DNA of 62,386 bases, from positions 1-62,386 of IMG/VR virus record IMGVR_UViG_3300030451_003961; one strand, 5' to 3'. This document shows positions 31,457-40,395 of this stretch, one piece after another. Source of the DNA: a virus (Duplodnaviria; Caudoviricetes). The stretch's first letter is position 1, and each line of letters opens with the position of its first letter. The translations under genes were made by a program, and so were the position numbers. Under the pieces are notes generated by a model, which was not told the origin of the DNA, did no database searches, and worked only from the letters and a program-made list of their open reading frames with translations.

Positions 31457-31924
31457 TTATTGTACTTTTCGAATGGTTTGAAACTTTTCTGCACCCCTGC
31501 TTCCGAAGTATGCTACATAGACTGTAACAAGAAGTGTTTGAAGCAATGATACCCATCCCTCAGCGACATTGAATCCCCAATCAAAACTATCTAGTATTAT
31601 TAGCAATACCATAGACACAGTTAGAAATATCAAACTCATAGGTCTTGTATTTTTAGAGAGCCATGAATCTGATTTCATGTCTGACTCCCAACGCTTAGAA
31701 ACCTCTTGCATTTCAACCATGTCTAACTCTAGCAACTTCAAAGCTTTTTCTTTATCTTCTGGAGGTAATACTGTGTCTGGTTGTTTCTGTATTAGATTTT
31801 TTACAACACCAAGCACTCCCGAATCTGGAAGTACATCACCTACTGTACCCAACAGTCCTGGTGCAGCTTTACTTAAAAAAGCACCGACTTTAGTTTCAGA
31901 AAATTTTTTTTTAGGTTTACTCAT
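31457..31924 (-). CDS. Holin-like membrane protein
   Basis: Two C-terminal hydrophobic helices after DSWLSKNTRP, resembling the GTA 3TM holin family; adjacent to the endolysin. Confidence 0.7.
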   Translation of the reverse strand: MSKPKKKFSETKVGAFLSKAAPGLLGTVGDVLPDSGVLGVVKNLIQKQPDTVLPPEDKEKALKLLELDMVEMQEVSKRWESDMKSDSWLSKNTRPMSLIFLTVSMVLLIILDSFDWGFNVAEGWVSLLQTLLVTVYVAYFGSRGAEKFQTIRKVQ

Positions 31925-32379
31925 ATCGTTTTGTATTTAGTTTTACCATCTTCTTTATACGCCTTCAAACATCTTCCTCTATTATCTTCTTTACTTACAT
32001 AAGATACATGAATCCAATTTGGAGACATATCAGTTCCAAACTCCCATATCAACTGATCGAAGTCAAGATTTTCTCTTATATATAAAAACATTTCTGCATT
32101 TGTCTTGTGACCATATACATCATCCAGGTCAATCGCCTGACCTTTACAATGTTGTGATGAGGATGCTCCACCAATGGCCTCATTTAATTTTGGAGATCTG
32201 AAAAACGAATTTACTTTTATAGGGCCTCCTACCCAAGATCTTAGTGGCTCGAAAACTTTTTCAGCCAACTCTTTCATGTTTTCTAAATGCTGAGAGTTAG
32301 GAGTATTGTCTATACCATCACGCTTTGCAGTATTTGAATGTATAGCTTCAGCATAAGTAATGTGTTTGCTTATATTCAT
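31921..32379 (-). CDS. Endolysin, peptidase M15 family
   Basis: NSFFRS..LN..IGG...SQH..GQAID and WIHVSY zinc-binding motifs. Confidence 0.9.
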   Translation of the reverse strand: MNISKHITYAEAIHSNTAKRDGIDNTPNSQHLENMKELAEKVFEPLRSWVGGPIKVNSFFRSPKLNEAIGGASSSQHCKGQAIDLDDVYGHKTNAEMFLYIRENLDFDQLIWEFGTDMSPNWIHVSYVSKEDNRGRCLKAYKEDGKTKYKTI

Positions 32380-33653
32380 AATCTAAAATTTAATCCAACA
32401 CTAGAGGTGTAAACTTCTGAATCCCAAAATTTAGTATACTCTCCTTCAATGAAGATACCTAAAGTTTTGCTGATTTTCCATCCTGCGATCAATCCTCCTT
32501 GATAATCATCCCATTGTTCTAGTTCTGAATCTTTTCTTAGTCCACCTTTACCCCAATTATTTCTATTTAAATAACTTACATTTTCATCTCCTTTGACATA
32601 GTGGTGATAGGGTAAAATCCAATTCGCATAAGCATGTAACCAAAAGTTTTTCTTGTAATGATAAAAATCAAAACCTACTATAGGTGCAACTTCAATAAAA
32701 GAATCTAACAAGTCCCATTGCTCTGCGTTGAATCGGTTCATCAGAGAACCAAATATACGATCCCGAAAGTCTCTATCACCATAGGCAACTATTTGTTCAT
32801 TAGGATCTTTCCAAATCCAATCATAAAAAACTTCACCTGTTTCAAAATCAGTATAAGAAGTATAATGATCAGAGAACCCATAAAGATATCCAAGGCTGTA
32901 CCAAGGATTTACAGGATACTCAAATGGATTTCCATCAGGATCTAAAATTGGATTGCCATCTGCATCTAAAGCTATTTGTGTTTCATTAAGCCATATTTCA
33001 ATTGGATTATATCCATATGGTTTTTGGTGAGATCTTGCAATAGCACCTAAAGATATACTTAGTTTTTTACCTATAGGCAATCTAAATCTTGCTTCTGCTG
33101 ATTGATATTCAAAATCAACATTTCCTTTTTTTCTTGACTCTAGTTTTACAATATGGTATTTACCTGTATGTCTAATAAAAAATCTTGAATTTATAAACTC
33201 TTCAGATCTTTCTCTTTGTTTTTCTATATGTAAAAGATATTCAAAACCTTTGACTGCTGCTGTAGGAGCTGATAGACCTACTAAATTTTCAGTACCATCA
33301 ATGTAGTTTTGTTTTATTTCGTAATCAAACCTTGCTAACTTACGAACTCCTATACCTGCACGAAAATCAAATGGGTGATAAACAGTTTCATCAACCACTT
33401 GTGGTATGTCATATAAATCATCAGGATTGGTTCTGATAAAATAATCAGGATACTTTGTTTGATATGCGTTATCAATATCTCCTGCCACATATACTGTAGC
33501 ATATTTAAATATGTTCTTGTATACGCCATCAAAAAACTTCTTGGCTTTGTATTTTTTAACAACTTTATTTTCAACCTTATCATCATTAGAGATGACTTGT
33601 GCTGATATAGTGAAACACATTAATAGTGTTATTAGTGATATAAGTTTCTTCAT
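32376..33653 (-). CDS. Predicted outer-membrane beta-barrel protein
   Basis: Sec signal peptide (MKKLISLITLLMCFTISA-Q), alternating aromatic/hydrophobic strands, and a C-terminal beta-signal-like VGLNFRL. Confidence 0.6.
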   Translation of the reverse strand: MKKLISLITLLMCFTISAQVISNDDKVENKVVKKYKAKKFFDGVYKNIFKYATVYVAGDIDNAYQTKYPDYFIRTNPDDLYDIPQVVDETVYHPFDFRAGIGVRKLARFDYEIKQNYIDGTENLVGLSAPTAAVKGFEYLLHIEKQRERSEEFINSRFFIRHTGKYHIVKLESRKKGNVDFEYQSAEARFRLPIGKKLSISLGAIARSHQKPYGYNPIEIWLNETQIALDADGNPILDPDGNPFEYPVNPWYSLGYLYGFSDHYTSYTDFETGEVFYDWIWKDPNEQIVAYGDRDFRDRIFGSLMNRFNAEQWDLLDSFIEVAPIVGFDFYHYKKNFWLHAYANWILPYHHYVKGDENVSYLNRNNWGKGGLRKDSELEQWDDYQGGLIAGWKISKTLGIFIEGEYTKFWDSEVYTSSVGLNFRL

Positions 33654-33654
33654 T

Positions 33655-33996
33655 TTAAAATTTACTTTCTATGATTTCTTCGATATGTTCTTCAATTATT
33701 TCTAATGTATCTTCAGGTAGTTTCAATGTAATTCCACTTTCAACTCTCACAACTTCTTCACCATTGTGATACAATATAATGGTAGGAAGGTATTTAATGT
33801 TTTCTTCTTTAAACACCTCTGGTTTTTTATCTATGTAAAAGGTATATATATTATTATCATCGAAAGGTTTCAATGATATTTCTGCACTCTTTGTGAAAGG
33901 TGCACTAAACTGTACAACTGAGATATCGTCTTTAAACGATTGTGCGTTACATATTACAGAAAATACAAATAGGACAAGTGTTACACATAGTTTCAT
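33655..33996 (-). CDS. Exported thioredoxin-fold protein lacking the CxxC motif
   Basis: Signal peptide; VVQFSAPF and IKYLPTIILYHNGEEV.R match the thioredoxin fold, but WCxxC is absent. Confidence 0.65.
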   Translation of the reverse strand: MKLCVTLVLFVFSVICNAQSFKDDISVVQFSAPFTKSAEISLKPFDDNNIYTFYIDKKPEVFKEENIKYLPTIILYHNGEEVVRVESGITLKLPEDTLEIIEEHIEEIIESKF

Positions 33997-34304
33997 TTTT
34001 TTCTACTTATCTCATAGAGTCTTTCATCCATTTTCTCTAGAGATTGTTTAATTTCGTTTACATCCTCTTTAACTGTTGTTACATCTGATTCTATTTTCTC
34101 TATTGTTGATCTGACTAATTCGTCTTTATATTGAAATTCAATTGAACTTACCTCTGGCTTTGGCTCATCCATAGCGACCTGGATCTGTGCTTGCAAAGTA
34201 TAGTACATGCCAATAAGGGAAGCAAAGCCTATAGCTGCTGCTATCATTTCTTTTATAGATAAAGTAAATTTGCTTTCGCCACTAAGAGTTTGATCTTTGC
34301 TCAT
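33993..34304 (-). CDS. Single-pass membrane protein with C-terminal coiled coil
   Basis: Hydrophobic MIAAAIGFASLIGMYY followed by heptads. Confidence 0.6.
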   Translation of the reverse strand: MSKDQTLSGESKFTLSIKEMIAAAIGFASLIGMYYTLQAQIQVAMDEPKPEVSSIEFQYKDELVRSTIEKIESDVTTVKEDVNEIKQSLEKMDERLYEISRKK

Positions 34305-34373
34305 TTTTGTCTGCCTCTACTATTTCATAGATCACTTCAATATCTAGAAGTGCACTATTTGTTTGATAATATT

Positions 34374-35147
34374 CTACCATATTGCTACACAACTATTGAT
34401 TGCCGAACTTGATGTTCCTGTCGAAAACAACTGAACAACTTGTACAGGCAAATAGTTACCGACTTTAAAACTTTTAAACACAACATCGTTACCTTGTGCT
34501 GTCTTAACTTTTACATCCACATACTCTTCATTGACTGCAGTAGGTATTGCTGAAGCACCAACATATAATAAGCATGAGCTAGCAATATCATATTTGATTC
34601 CTAAACTGCTGAATGAAGAATTTGGATCAGTATAGATTTTCCAATTGTCATTGTATGTATTGTTGTTACCAAATAGATCTGCACTTAATTTTAAACAGTT
34701 ACTACCTACTATCTCTAAAACTACAGCCACTTCGTTTGTGTCTGTATTCCAAATAATATTACCAGGTAAAACTCCTAATGCAGTAAAATCTACACTATTG
34801 TCTACCAAGTGATCAGGCTTTACAACTATATAATCTATTCCTGTTGATGAAAATAAATTACCATTTAAACTTAAAGTGTCTGAAGAATCTATTGCAGTTA
34901 TAACAGCGTTACCTGCAGGACTTATTGAAAAAACTTTGTCAGTAACCTCAATTGATGGTGAAGCAGTTTGAAAATCTACTTGATCATCTATCAATTTATT
35001 TGTATCGGTTGCTGTGTTAGTTGAAGTAATAACAGCTTCTCCTTGTCCTGTAAATGTTTTGTAAGCAGGATTAGGAATAGGACTACTATCGCTTGCGATA
35101 ACTTCCAATCCTTGCTGTGTATTAACTACAATTTTTTGATAACCCAT
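34374..35147 (-). CDS. Hypothetical beta-rich virion protein (257 aa)
   Basis: Clean ORF; internal duplicate (L.D..VDF...V..I..S..L.L...LF); C-terminal LPVQV..L..TGT motif. Confidence 0.55.
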   Translation of the reverse strand: MGYQKIVVNTQQGLEVIASDSSPIPNPAYKTFTGQGEAVITSTNTATDTNKLIDDQVDFQTASPSIEVTDKVFSISPAGNAVITAIDSSDTLSLNGNLFSSTGIDYIVVKPDHLVDNSVDFTALGVLPGNIIWNTDTNEVAVVLEIVGSNCLKLSADLFGNNNTYNDNWKIYTDPNSSFSSLGIKYDIASSCLLYVGASAIPTAVNEEYVDVKVKTAQGNDVVFKSFKVGNYLPVQVVQLFSTGTSSSAINSCVAIW

Positions 35148-35151
35148 AATT

Positions 35152-35304
35152 TTATTGATAAGGGAAAATCCTGTTTAGTGTGTCTCTTCTTTGATCACAC
35201 CCACATGGTTTTCCTGTTACTTCACTTACTTTATTAACTACACTTTTGATTCCTGTAGCTTTTGTAAATTTTTCTATACTGTCTCCGAGACCTCTTGATT
35301 TCAT
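35152..35304 (-). CDS. Small protein MKSRGLGDSIEKFTKATGIK...CGCDQRRDTLN (50 aa)
   Basis: Translated by hand; fills the gap between neighbouring genes; CGC motif. Confidence 0.7.
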   Translation of the reverse strand: MKSRGLGDSIEKFTKATGIKSVVNKVSEVTGKPCGCDQRRDTLNRIFPYQ

Positions 35305-35305
35305 T

Positions 35306-35509
35306 TTATTTCTTTTTTTTCATTCTACAACCAAAGTTGTTTGCAAATACTGCTTGTTTTACAACTTTAGGGCTATACTTGCCCCCTTTGTTTTTCATGA
35401 CCTTTGAAGCTGCTGCACATACAGAAGATCCTGGCATGTTCTTTTTAACCCAAGCAGTAAAGTCGCCTTTATTTTTTGGATCAAGTTTTATTGGTTTTTC
35501 TTTCGCCAT
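35306..35509 (-). CDS. Small basic protein (67 aa)
   Basis: Lys-rich ORF in a tightly packed run. Confidence 0.65.
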   Translation of the reverse strand: MAKEKPIKLDPKNKGDFTAWVKKNMPGSSVCAAASKVMKNKGGKYSPKVVKQAVFANNFGCRMKKKK

Positions 35510-35510
35510 C

Positions 35511-35729
35511 TTACTTGCTGAATAATTTTCCTAAGTGAGAGTGAACGCTAGAAGGATAATGCTTGTCTTCTTTCATTGAATGGTTTCCAGAATAAGCATG
35601 ACCTGTTTCTTTTTTCGCCATAGCTTTTGATTCGTCTCTTCTATCTTTCAAAGATTGAGAGTGTGGGCCTTTGTGTTTGTTCCCGATTGAATCATCGAGT
35701 CTTGCGTTATAACCTTGTGAATGTTTCAT
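35511..35729 (-). CDS. Small basic His-rich protein (72 aa)
   Basis: ORF track; promoter box TATCTTTG at 35764-35771. Confidence 0.65.
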   Translation of the reverse strand: MKHSQGYNARLDDSIGNKHKGPHSQSLKDRRDESKAMAKKETGHAYSGNHSMKEDKHYPSSVHSHLGKLFSK

Positions 35730-35775
35730 TCCTAAAATTTTTATTTGTTAAACTAATTTTTTACAAAGATAATAA

Positions 35776-36066
35776 TTAATATTTTCCTCTTTTCGAAGCA
35801 GGAGAGCTTTTAGTAGATCCTCCTTTTCCTGCCCATAAATGCTTACATGCCCAATATTTAGCACTTAATTTGTTTGTCGCTGAATCACATTTGTGTCTTG
35901 CTCTAAAGCTTTTACGAGCAGCAGATGAATAGTTATGTCCATAACCTTTAGCACCAAAGTGTATAAGCTTCTCCTGTCCACCAGAACAAGCTTTTACCAT
36001 TTTCTTTTTCCCTGGTCTGTCGCTAGGTCTAACGACATTACATTTCATCTTAGATTTATCAGCCAT
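35776..36066 (-). CDS. Small basic protein (96 aa)
   Basis: Lys-rich; KLIHFG...ARKSFRARHKC...SAKYWAC..LW motif. Confidence 0.7.
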   Translation of the reverse strand: MADKSKMKCNVVRPSDRPGKKKMVKACSGGQEKLIHFGAKGYGHNYSSAARKSFRARHKCDSATNKLSAKYWACKHLWAGKGGSTKSSPASKRGKY

Positions 36067-36151
36067 TTTCGTTCATTGACTTTTGGATTGCCGAACCTCT
36101 TGCTTTTTCATAATCCGATAACACTCCATCTTTATTTAAATCAGCTTTCAT
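36059..36151 (-). CDS. 30-aa peptide with EF-hand-like loop (MKADLNKDGVLSDYEKARG...)
   Basis: Translated by hand; DxNxDG..S..E pattern; overlaps the next start codon. Confidence 0.5.
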   Translation of the reverse strand: MKADLNKDGVLSDYEKARGSAIQKSMNENG

Positions 36152-36213
36152 ACTAATAGTATTTCCACCTCTTTTTCTTTTGCTTTTATGCATTTTACTC
36201 ATAACAATTTATT

Positions 36214-36453
36214 TTAAGCGTTTCTAACTTTAGCAGCAGGAGTATTTGAAACAAATTGTTTTTTGCCCCCTGATGCTTTTTTCTTTTTTGCTGTAGCTGC
36301 TCTTTGGCTTTTAGTTAAGCTTCGAGCTTTCGCTAGTGGTAAACAACGATCTGGATTCTTTTTATTTTTACTAGTTCCACATGCACCTAATATAGATCCA
36401 TCAGTTCCAATACGAACCCATTTTTGTTCCCTCCATTTTTTTAGTTCACCCAT
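36214..36453 (-). CDS. Small basic protein (79 aa)
   Basis: LKKW..QKWV...CG...RCLP motif; Lys-rich. Confidence 0.7.
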   Translation of the reverse strand: MGELKKWREQKWVRIGTDGSILGACGTSKNKKNPDRCLPLAKARSLTKSQRAATAKKKKASGGKKQFVSNTPAAKVRNA

Positions 36454-36575
36454 TACTTCTTTTTAGACATTTTCTGCATATCTTTTATATGCTTTTCAAT
36501 AATCTTAGATTGTGCCAAATGCATCTTAGAAGCTTTTTTTAATTGTGATACTACTGATCTTAAACTTTTATCCAT
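36453..36575 (-). CDS. Small basic protein (40 aa, MDKSLRSVVSQLKKASKMH...)
   Basis: Translated by hand; TAATG coupling on both sides. Confidence 0.65.
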   Translation of the reverse strand: MDKSLRSVVSQLKKASKMHLAQSKIIEKHIKDMQKMSKKK

Positions 36576-36721
36576 TATTTTTTACTTTTTTTTGCGTAGT
36601 TAGGATCTTTACAATATTTACTTGCAGCCATGTTTGCATAAGCTGAAGGATATTTATCAAATGTTCTTTTTGCCCAGGCTATTCCTGCAGGACAAATCTT
36701 ATTTCCTTTCTTCTTAGGCAT
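36575..36721 (-). CDS. Small basic protein (48 aa, ...KYPSAYANMAASKYCK...)
   Basis: Translated by hand; coupled to the next ORF. Confidence 0.7.
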   Translation of the reverse strand: MPKKKGNKICPAGIAWAKRTFDKYPSAYANMAASKYCKDPNYAKKSKK

Positions 36722-36723
36722 GA

Positions 36724-36861
36724 CTATGATTTATATTCATTATATCCTGGATTATTTTTCTTTTTTCCTCCCAACATTTTAGCATGATAATCTGCTTTGG
36801 GTTTTCCTGTGGCTGTGTAAGGGAATTTCATTGTCATCCCATTTGCTTTTACTGTAGGCAT
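36724..36861 (-). CDS. Small basic protein (45 aa, MPTVKANGMTMKFPYTATGK...)
   Basis: Translated by hand; first ORF after the promoter box at 36892-36899. Confidence 0.65.
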   Translation of the reverse strand: MPTVKANGMTMKFPYTATGKPKADYHAKMLGGKKKNNPGYNEYKS

Positions 36862-36891
36862 AATTTAAATTTTTAAAAGATTAATTTTGTA

Positions 36892-36899
36892 CAAAGATA
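36892..36899 (-). promoter_or_regulatory. -7 promoter box TATCTTTG
   Basis: Context TTATCTTTGTA is shared with the boxes at 13691 and 35764. Confidence 0.65.
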
Positions 36900-36913
36900 A
36901 TAAATACACTTAA

Positions 36914-37390
36914 ATGAAATTTGAAACTAAAATCAGAAAGAACTATGATCGTAAAGAACCTGGTTACGATTATATGAAATACTACAGGGTAATTCGTTAT
37001 TGGGTAAAGGCTAAGTATGGAGTTTCAACTCCAGATCTTGAAATGATGTTTTTCTTATACAGCGAAAGAATATTCAACAAAACTAAATTTAATGAGTTTG
37101 AAGAAATCATGTCTTGGGACAGAAATAGATTCGATAGATTACTTCGTGATGGTTGGATAGGAGTGTGGAGGAAAAGACACAAGTCTCAAACTACATTGTA
37201 CGAGCTTTCGTACAAGGGGAAACGACTCATAGATGTTGTATATAAGAAGTTGAATGGAGAAGAAATATCAGAAGAAAAGAATCCTTTGTTCTTACAGTCA
37301 GCTTCGTATTCAGATACAGTATATAGAAACATGATAATAAAATTAAATCAAGAAATTAGATTCCACAATAACCAGAATCACAATCAGTAA
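36914..37390 (+). CDS. Winged-helix (MarR-like) DNA-binding protein, putative regulator
   Basis: RLLRDGWI.......LYELSYKG wing motif; the only credible plus-strand gene in the late region. Confidence 0.55.
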   Translation: MKFETKIRKNYDRKEPGYDYMKYYRVIRYWVKAKYGVSTPDLEMMFFLYSERIFNKTKFNEFEEIMSWDRNRFDRLLRDGWIGVWRKRHKSQTTLYELSYKGKRLIDVVYKKLNGEEISEEKNPLFLQSASYSDTVYRNMIIKLNQEIRFHNNQNHNQ

Positions 37391-38198
37391 AATCAGTATC
37401 AAACAATTCTGTTTGTAGATTCCAATTTTTAATATCGTTATATCTCATGTGGTTTATCCAACCATCTTGTTTTTTTCTTCCTTGTTCTTGATCAGCGAAC
37501 CATTTCATTTTGTTCGGGTGTTTTGTAAACATCTTGTTTAGAAGAACAGGGTTTTTATGAAAACAACCAACGCAGTTATTCATCCAAGCAAACCTCACAG
37601 GTTTGTCTTTCCAAAACTTTTCTATGTTGTCTTTATAGATCTGATCCTCTATTAATGGAAATGTAGGAATCTGCCAGGGAATATTACCCCACTTTTTTCT
37701 TGTGCCATATTTACCTACTACAGCTTTATGCTCTAGGTATCCATCTTTATTTCTTTTTTCTAAAGTTCTTTTGGCTCTTCCTTGTTCGTTTGCTCTGAAT
37801 CCAATTCTAAACTGAACAGGTTCGTCAAAGTTTTCTCTCCACCATTCAAACATAGGTTCTAGTTTTAGATGAGTTGTACAATATCTATGTAGTTTGTTTG
37901 GAAGCCAACCACCTTTTGTTTTTATAACTTCATCAAAAGATATTCCTGAAACCCAGACTATTTCTTTGCCTATGTATTGTTCAAGATCAAAAATTGTGTG
38001 TATGATGATATCATCCTCAAGTGTACCAATAAATTCTTTTCCAATACGATCACTTACTTTTTGCCTGAGCGATTCGTCTTTGAAACGACATTCTTCGCTT
38101 TCTGTAGTAACTAAAGAAAAAAGGTTGTAATCAGAATCATAATTGGCTGCTATATAAGCTGAGGTCTTACCACCACTAACAGAGTTTATTGTGATCAT
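37356..38198 (-). CDS. PAPS-reductase-like PP-loop (adenine nucleotide alpha-hydrolase) protein
   Basis: SVSGGKTS PP-loop, RYCT..LK, IGFRANE..R, NCVGCF and C-terminal CDSGYC cysteine clusters. Confidence 0.75.
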   Translation of the reverse strand: MITINSVSGGKTSAYIAANYDSDYNLFSLVTTESEECRFKDESLRQKVSDRIGKEFIGTLEDDIIIHTIFDLEQYIGKEIVWVSGISFDEVIKTKGGWLPNKLHRYCTTHLKLEPMFEWWRENFDEPVQFRIGFRANEQGRAKRTLEKRNKDGYLEHKAVVGKYGTRKKWGNIPWQIPTFPLIEDQIYKDNIEKFWKDKPVRFAWMNNCVGCFHKNPVLLNKMFTKHPNKMKWFADQEQGRKKQDGWINHMRYNDIKNWNLQTELFDTDFTDCDSGYCGI

Positions 38199-38452
38199 AA
38201 TACAACTACAACATCATTCTCATTAATAATAGAGTAAGGCTCATCTTCAATAAGCATTGTATGAGCTCTAACTTTGTCGTAGTATATTATATCTCCCTCT
38301 TTTACATTTAGAACTTTATCACCGATTTTATAAACTTCAGCTTTATTGTATCTAAATTTGTTTTCATCGTCTGGTGAAAGTAAAAGTCCTGAAGATGTTT
38401 TTACCTCTTCTTTTATTTTTTTAATTATTAATACTGTATTAATCGGTCTCAT
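38195..38452 (-). CDS. groES: Co-chaperonin GroES (start MRPIN at 38452)
   Basis: MRPI...LII, KTSSGLLL mobile loop, VKEGDIIYY, YSIINENDVVVVL. Confidence 0.85.
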   Translation of the reverse strand: MRPINTVLIIKKIKEEVKTSSGLLLSPDDENKFRYNKAEVYKIGDKVLNVKEGDIIYYDKVRAHTMLIEDEPYSIINENDVVVVL

Positions 38453-38567
38453 GTACTTTGTCCTTGTTGTATACAATATAACCATTATCTTCTAATAGTT
38501 TTATTGCTTCTTTTATTTTTTCTTTTTCGATTCTATAAGTGTCAAAAATTTGATTGTGTATTACCAT
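38439..38567 (-). CDS. Hypothetical protein (42 aa, MVIHNQIFDTYRIEKE...LEDNGYIV)
   Basis: Translated by hand; overlaps the groES start. Confidence 0.55.
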   Translation of the reverse strand: MVIHNQIFDTYRIEKEKIKEAIKLLEDNGYIVYNKDKVHETD

Positions 38568-38585
38568 TTTATTTATTTTAATTAA

Positions 38586-38720
38586 CTATCTTCCTTGTCC
38601 TCTGTATCTTTTGAGGTAGTTCTTACTTTGTTTACATTTACTGCTTTTAGTTTTAGCATGTATTCTTTTACGCTTTCTACTTTTGGTCTTGTAAACATTG
38701 ATATTTATTTTTCTAGCCAT
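38586..38720 (-). CDS. Very basic 44-aa protein ending KRYRGQGR
   Basis: Translated by hand; overlaps the groEL stop. Confidence 0.65.
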   Translation of the reverse strand: MARKININVYKTKSRKRKRIHAKTKSSKCKQSKNYLKRYRGQGR

Positions 38721-40338
38721 TCTTGTCTAAGCTTCTGGCCATGGTTACTATTGCATTTGTAGATAATATTGTTGTAGCAACTGATACTGCATTCTTCAAA
38801 GCATGCTTTGTAACTTTGAGTGGATCAATAATTCCTAGTTCATACATATCTCCATGCTTGTTATTCTTAACATCGTACCCATAGTTGTCCCAACTAAATT
38901 GTGGAGCACCTACAATAGGGCCTGCTTCAATTCCTGCATTGTCCAGGATTTGATATAAAGGGGCTTTCAATGCATTGATCATAATAGATAATGCTAACCA
39001 TGATTCATCTTTCTTGTCTGTTAGTGCGTGCTCAAAAGTATATTCATCATTTACTTGCCATAACGCAATCCCTCCTCCTGGCAATATTCCTTCTTCTAGT
39101 GCAGATCTAACAGCACACACCGAGTCATCGACTCGGTCGAATTTTTCTTTTTGCTCTATGTCTGAATCACCACCAACATAAATAACACCTACAGCTCCAC
39201 TAAGTCCTGCGATTCTTTCTAAAATGAAATCTTTGTCAGACTTTTTATTTGTATTGTCTGCAGCTTCTTGTAGTTCTTTTATTCTTTCTTGAATCAGATC
39301 TTCATTAGTGTGTTGAGGATTCTTAATTATAACAGTTTGTTCACGACCAACCACAATCTTTTCTGCATGTCCAAGATCTGCCATATTAATTAGTTCAAGA
39401 TTATCACCTGTCTTTTCGGAAAAGTATTTAGCACCAACTGACAAAGCAATATCCTGCATCAATTCGTTTTGTCTATACCCGAAGCTCGGTGGAGGTATAT
39501 TACAAAGCTTAAGATTATTCTTCACCACATTTGCAGCAAGAGTATTTATCACATTGGCTGTACATGAACCAATGATCAGTAATTTTTTATTAGCCTGGAT
39601 GATCGGTTTAAGAATATTTTCAATGGCAAGTATGCTTCCAATCTCTTGATCAGTAACCAAGATCAAAACATCTTCAAGGATACATTCGTCTTTCTTTTGA
39701 TTATTCACAAATAAGTTAGAAGCATACCCACGATTGATTTTTATACCCTGTGTGATTTCGGAATATGTAGCAGTAGTTTGAGATTTCTCAACTGCCACCA
39801 TTCCACCCTTACCAACCCTGTGATAAGCGTCTGCTATGATCTTTCCAAGTTCCTTATCATTATTGGCTGATATTGTAGCAACATCCACTAATGTCTTTTT
39901 AGTAAGTTTCTTGGCAGAATTTTTTAATCTTTCTACTATCTCATTGGTTATTCTTTGTATATGTCTTAGAACTTCTGTTTTGTTGTAAGATGGATCAATA
40001 TGTTCCATGCCTGACCTCACGATTGACTCAGCCAATACGATTGCAGTTGTAGTGCCATCACCTGCCTGTGTCGCAGTCTTGATTGCAGCCTCTTTCATCA
40101 TCTTAACTGCTAGATTTTCCACAGGATCTACTAAATCTATGCTTTTAGCTACTGTAACTCCATCCTTAGTGACTGTAATAGAGGAAGTTAGGTGTGGAGA
40201 TTCGATTAAAACTGTGTTTCCTAGAGGCCCAAGCGTACTTTTTACAGCTCTTGAGATAGTTTCTATGCCTTTTTGCAATTTTTCACGACCAGAATGGTCG
40301 AAATATATTTCTTTTGGTAGGTATCCTTGATTATTCAT
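38713..40338 (-). CDS. groEL: Chaperonin GroEL (phage-encoded)
   Basis: STLGP.G..V, VTKDGVTVAKSI, AGDGTTTA, VATISAN and EEGILPGGG motifs; no GGM tail. Confidence 0.97.
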   Translation of the reverse strand: MNNQGYLPKEIYFDHSGREKLQKGIETISRAVKSTLGPLGNTVLIESPHLTSSITVTKDGVTVAKSIDLVDPVENLAVKMMKEAAIKTATQAGDGTTTAIVLAESIVRSGMEHIDPSYNKTEVLRHIQRITNEIVERLKNSAKKLTKKTLVDVATISANNDKELGKIIADAYHRVGKGGMVAVEKSQTTATYSEITQGIKINRGYASNLFVNNQKKDECILEDVLILVTDQEIGSILAIENILKPIIQANKKLLIIGSCTANVINTLAANVVKNNLKLCNIPPPSFGYRQNELMQDIALSVGAKYFSEKTGDNLELINMADLGHAEKIVVGREQTVIIKNPQHTNEDLIQERIKELQEAADNTNKKSDKDFILERIAGLSGAVGVIYVGGDSDIEQKEKFDRVDDSVCAVRSALEEGILPGGGIALWQVNDEYTFEHALTDKKDESWLALSIMINALKAPLYQILDNAGIEAGPIVGAPQFSWDNYGYDVKNNKHGDMYELGIIDPLKVTKHALKNAVSVATTILSTNAIVTMARSLDKNG

Positions 40339-40356
40339 ATTAAATTAAATTATAGT

Positions 40357-40364
40357 CAAATATA
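40357..40364 (-). promoter_or_regulatory. -7 promoter box TATATTTG for groEL
   Basis: TAnnTTTG match 18 nt before the ATG at 40338. Confidence 0.6.
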
Positions 40365-40395
40365 TAAAAAAAATGTTACAATATCTAGTGACGAT

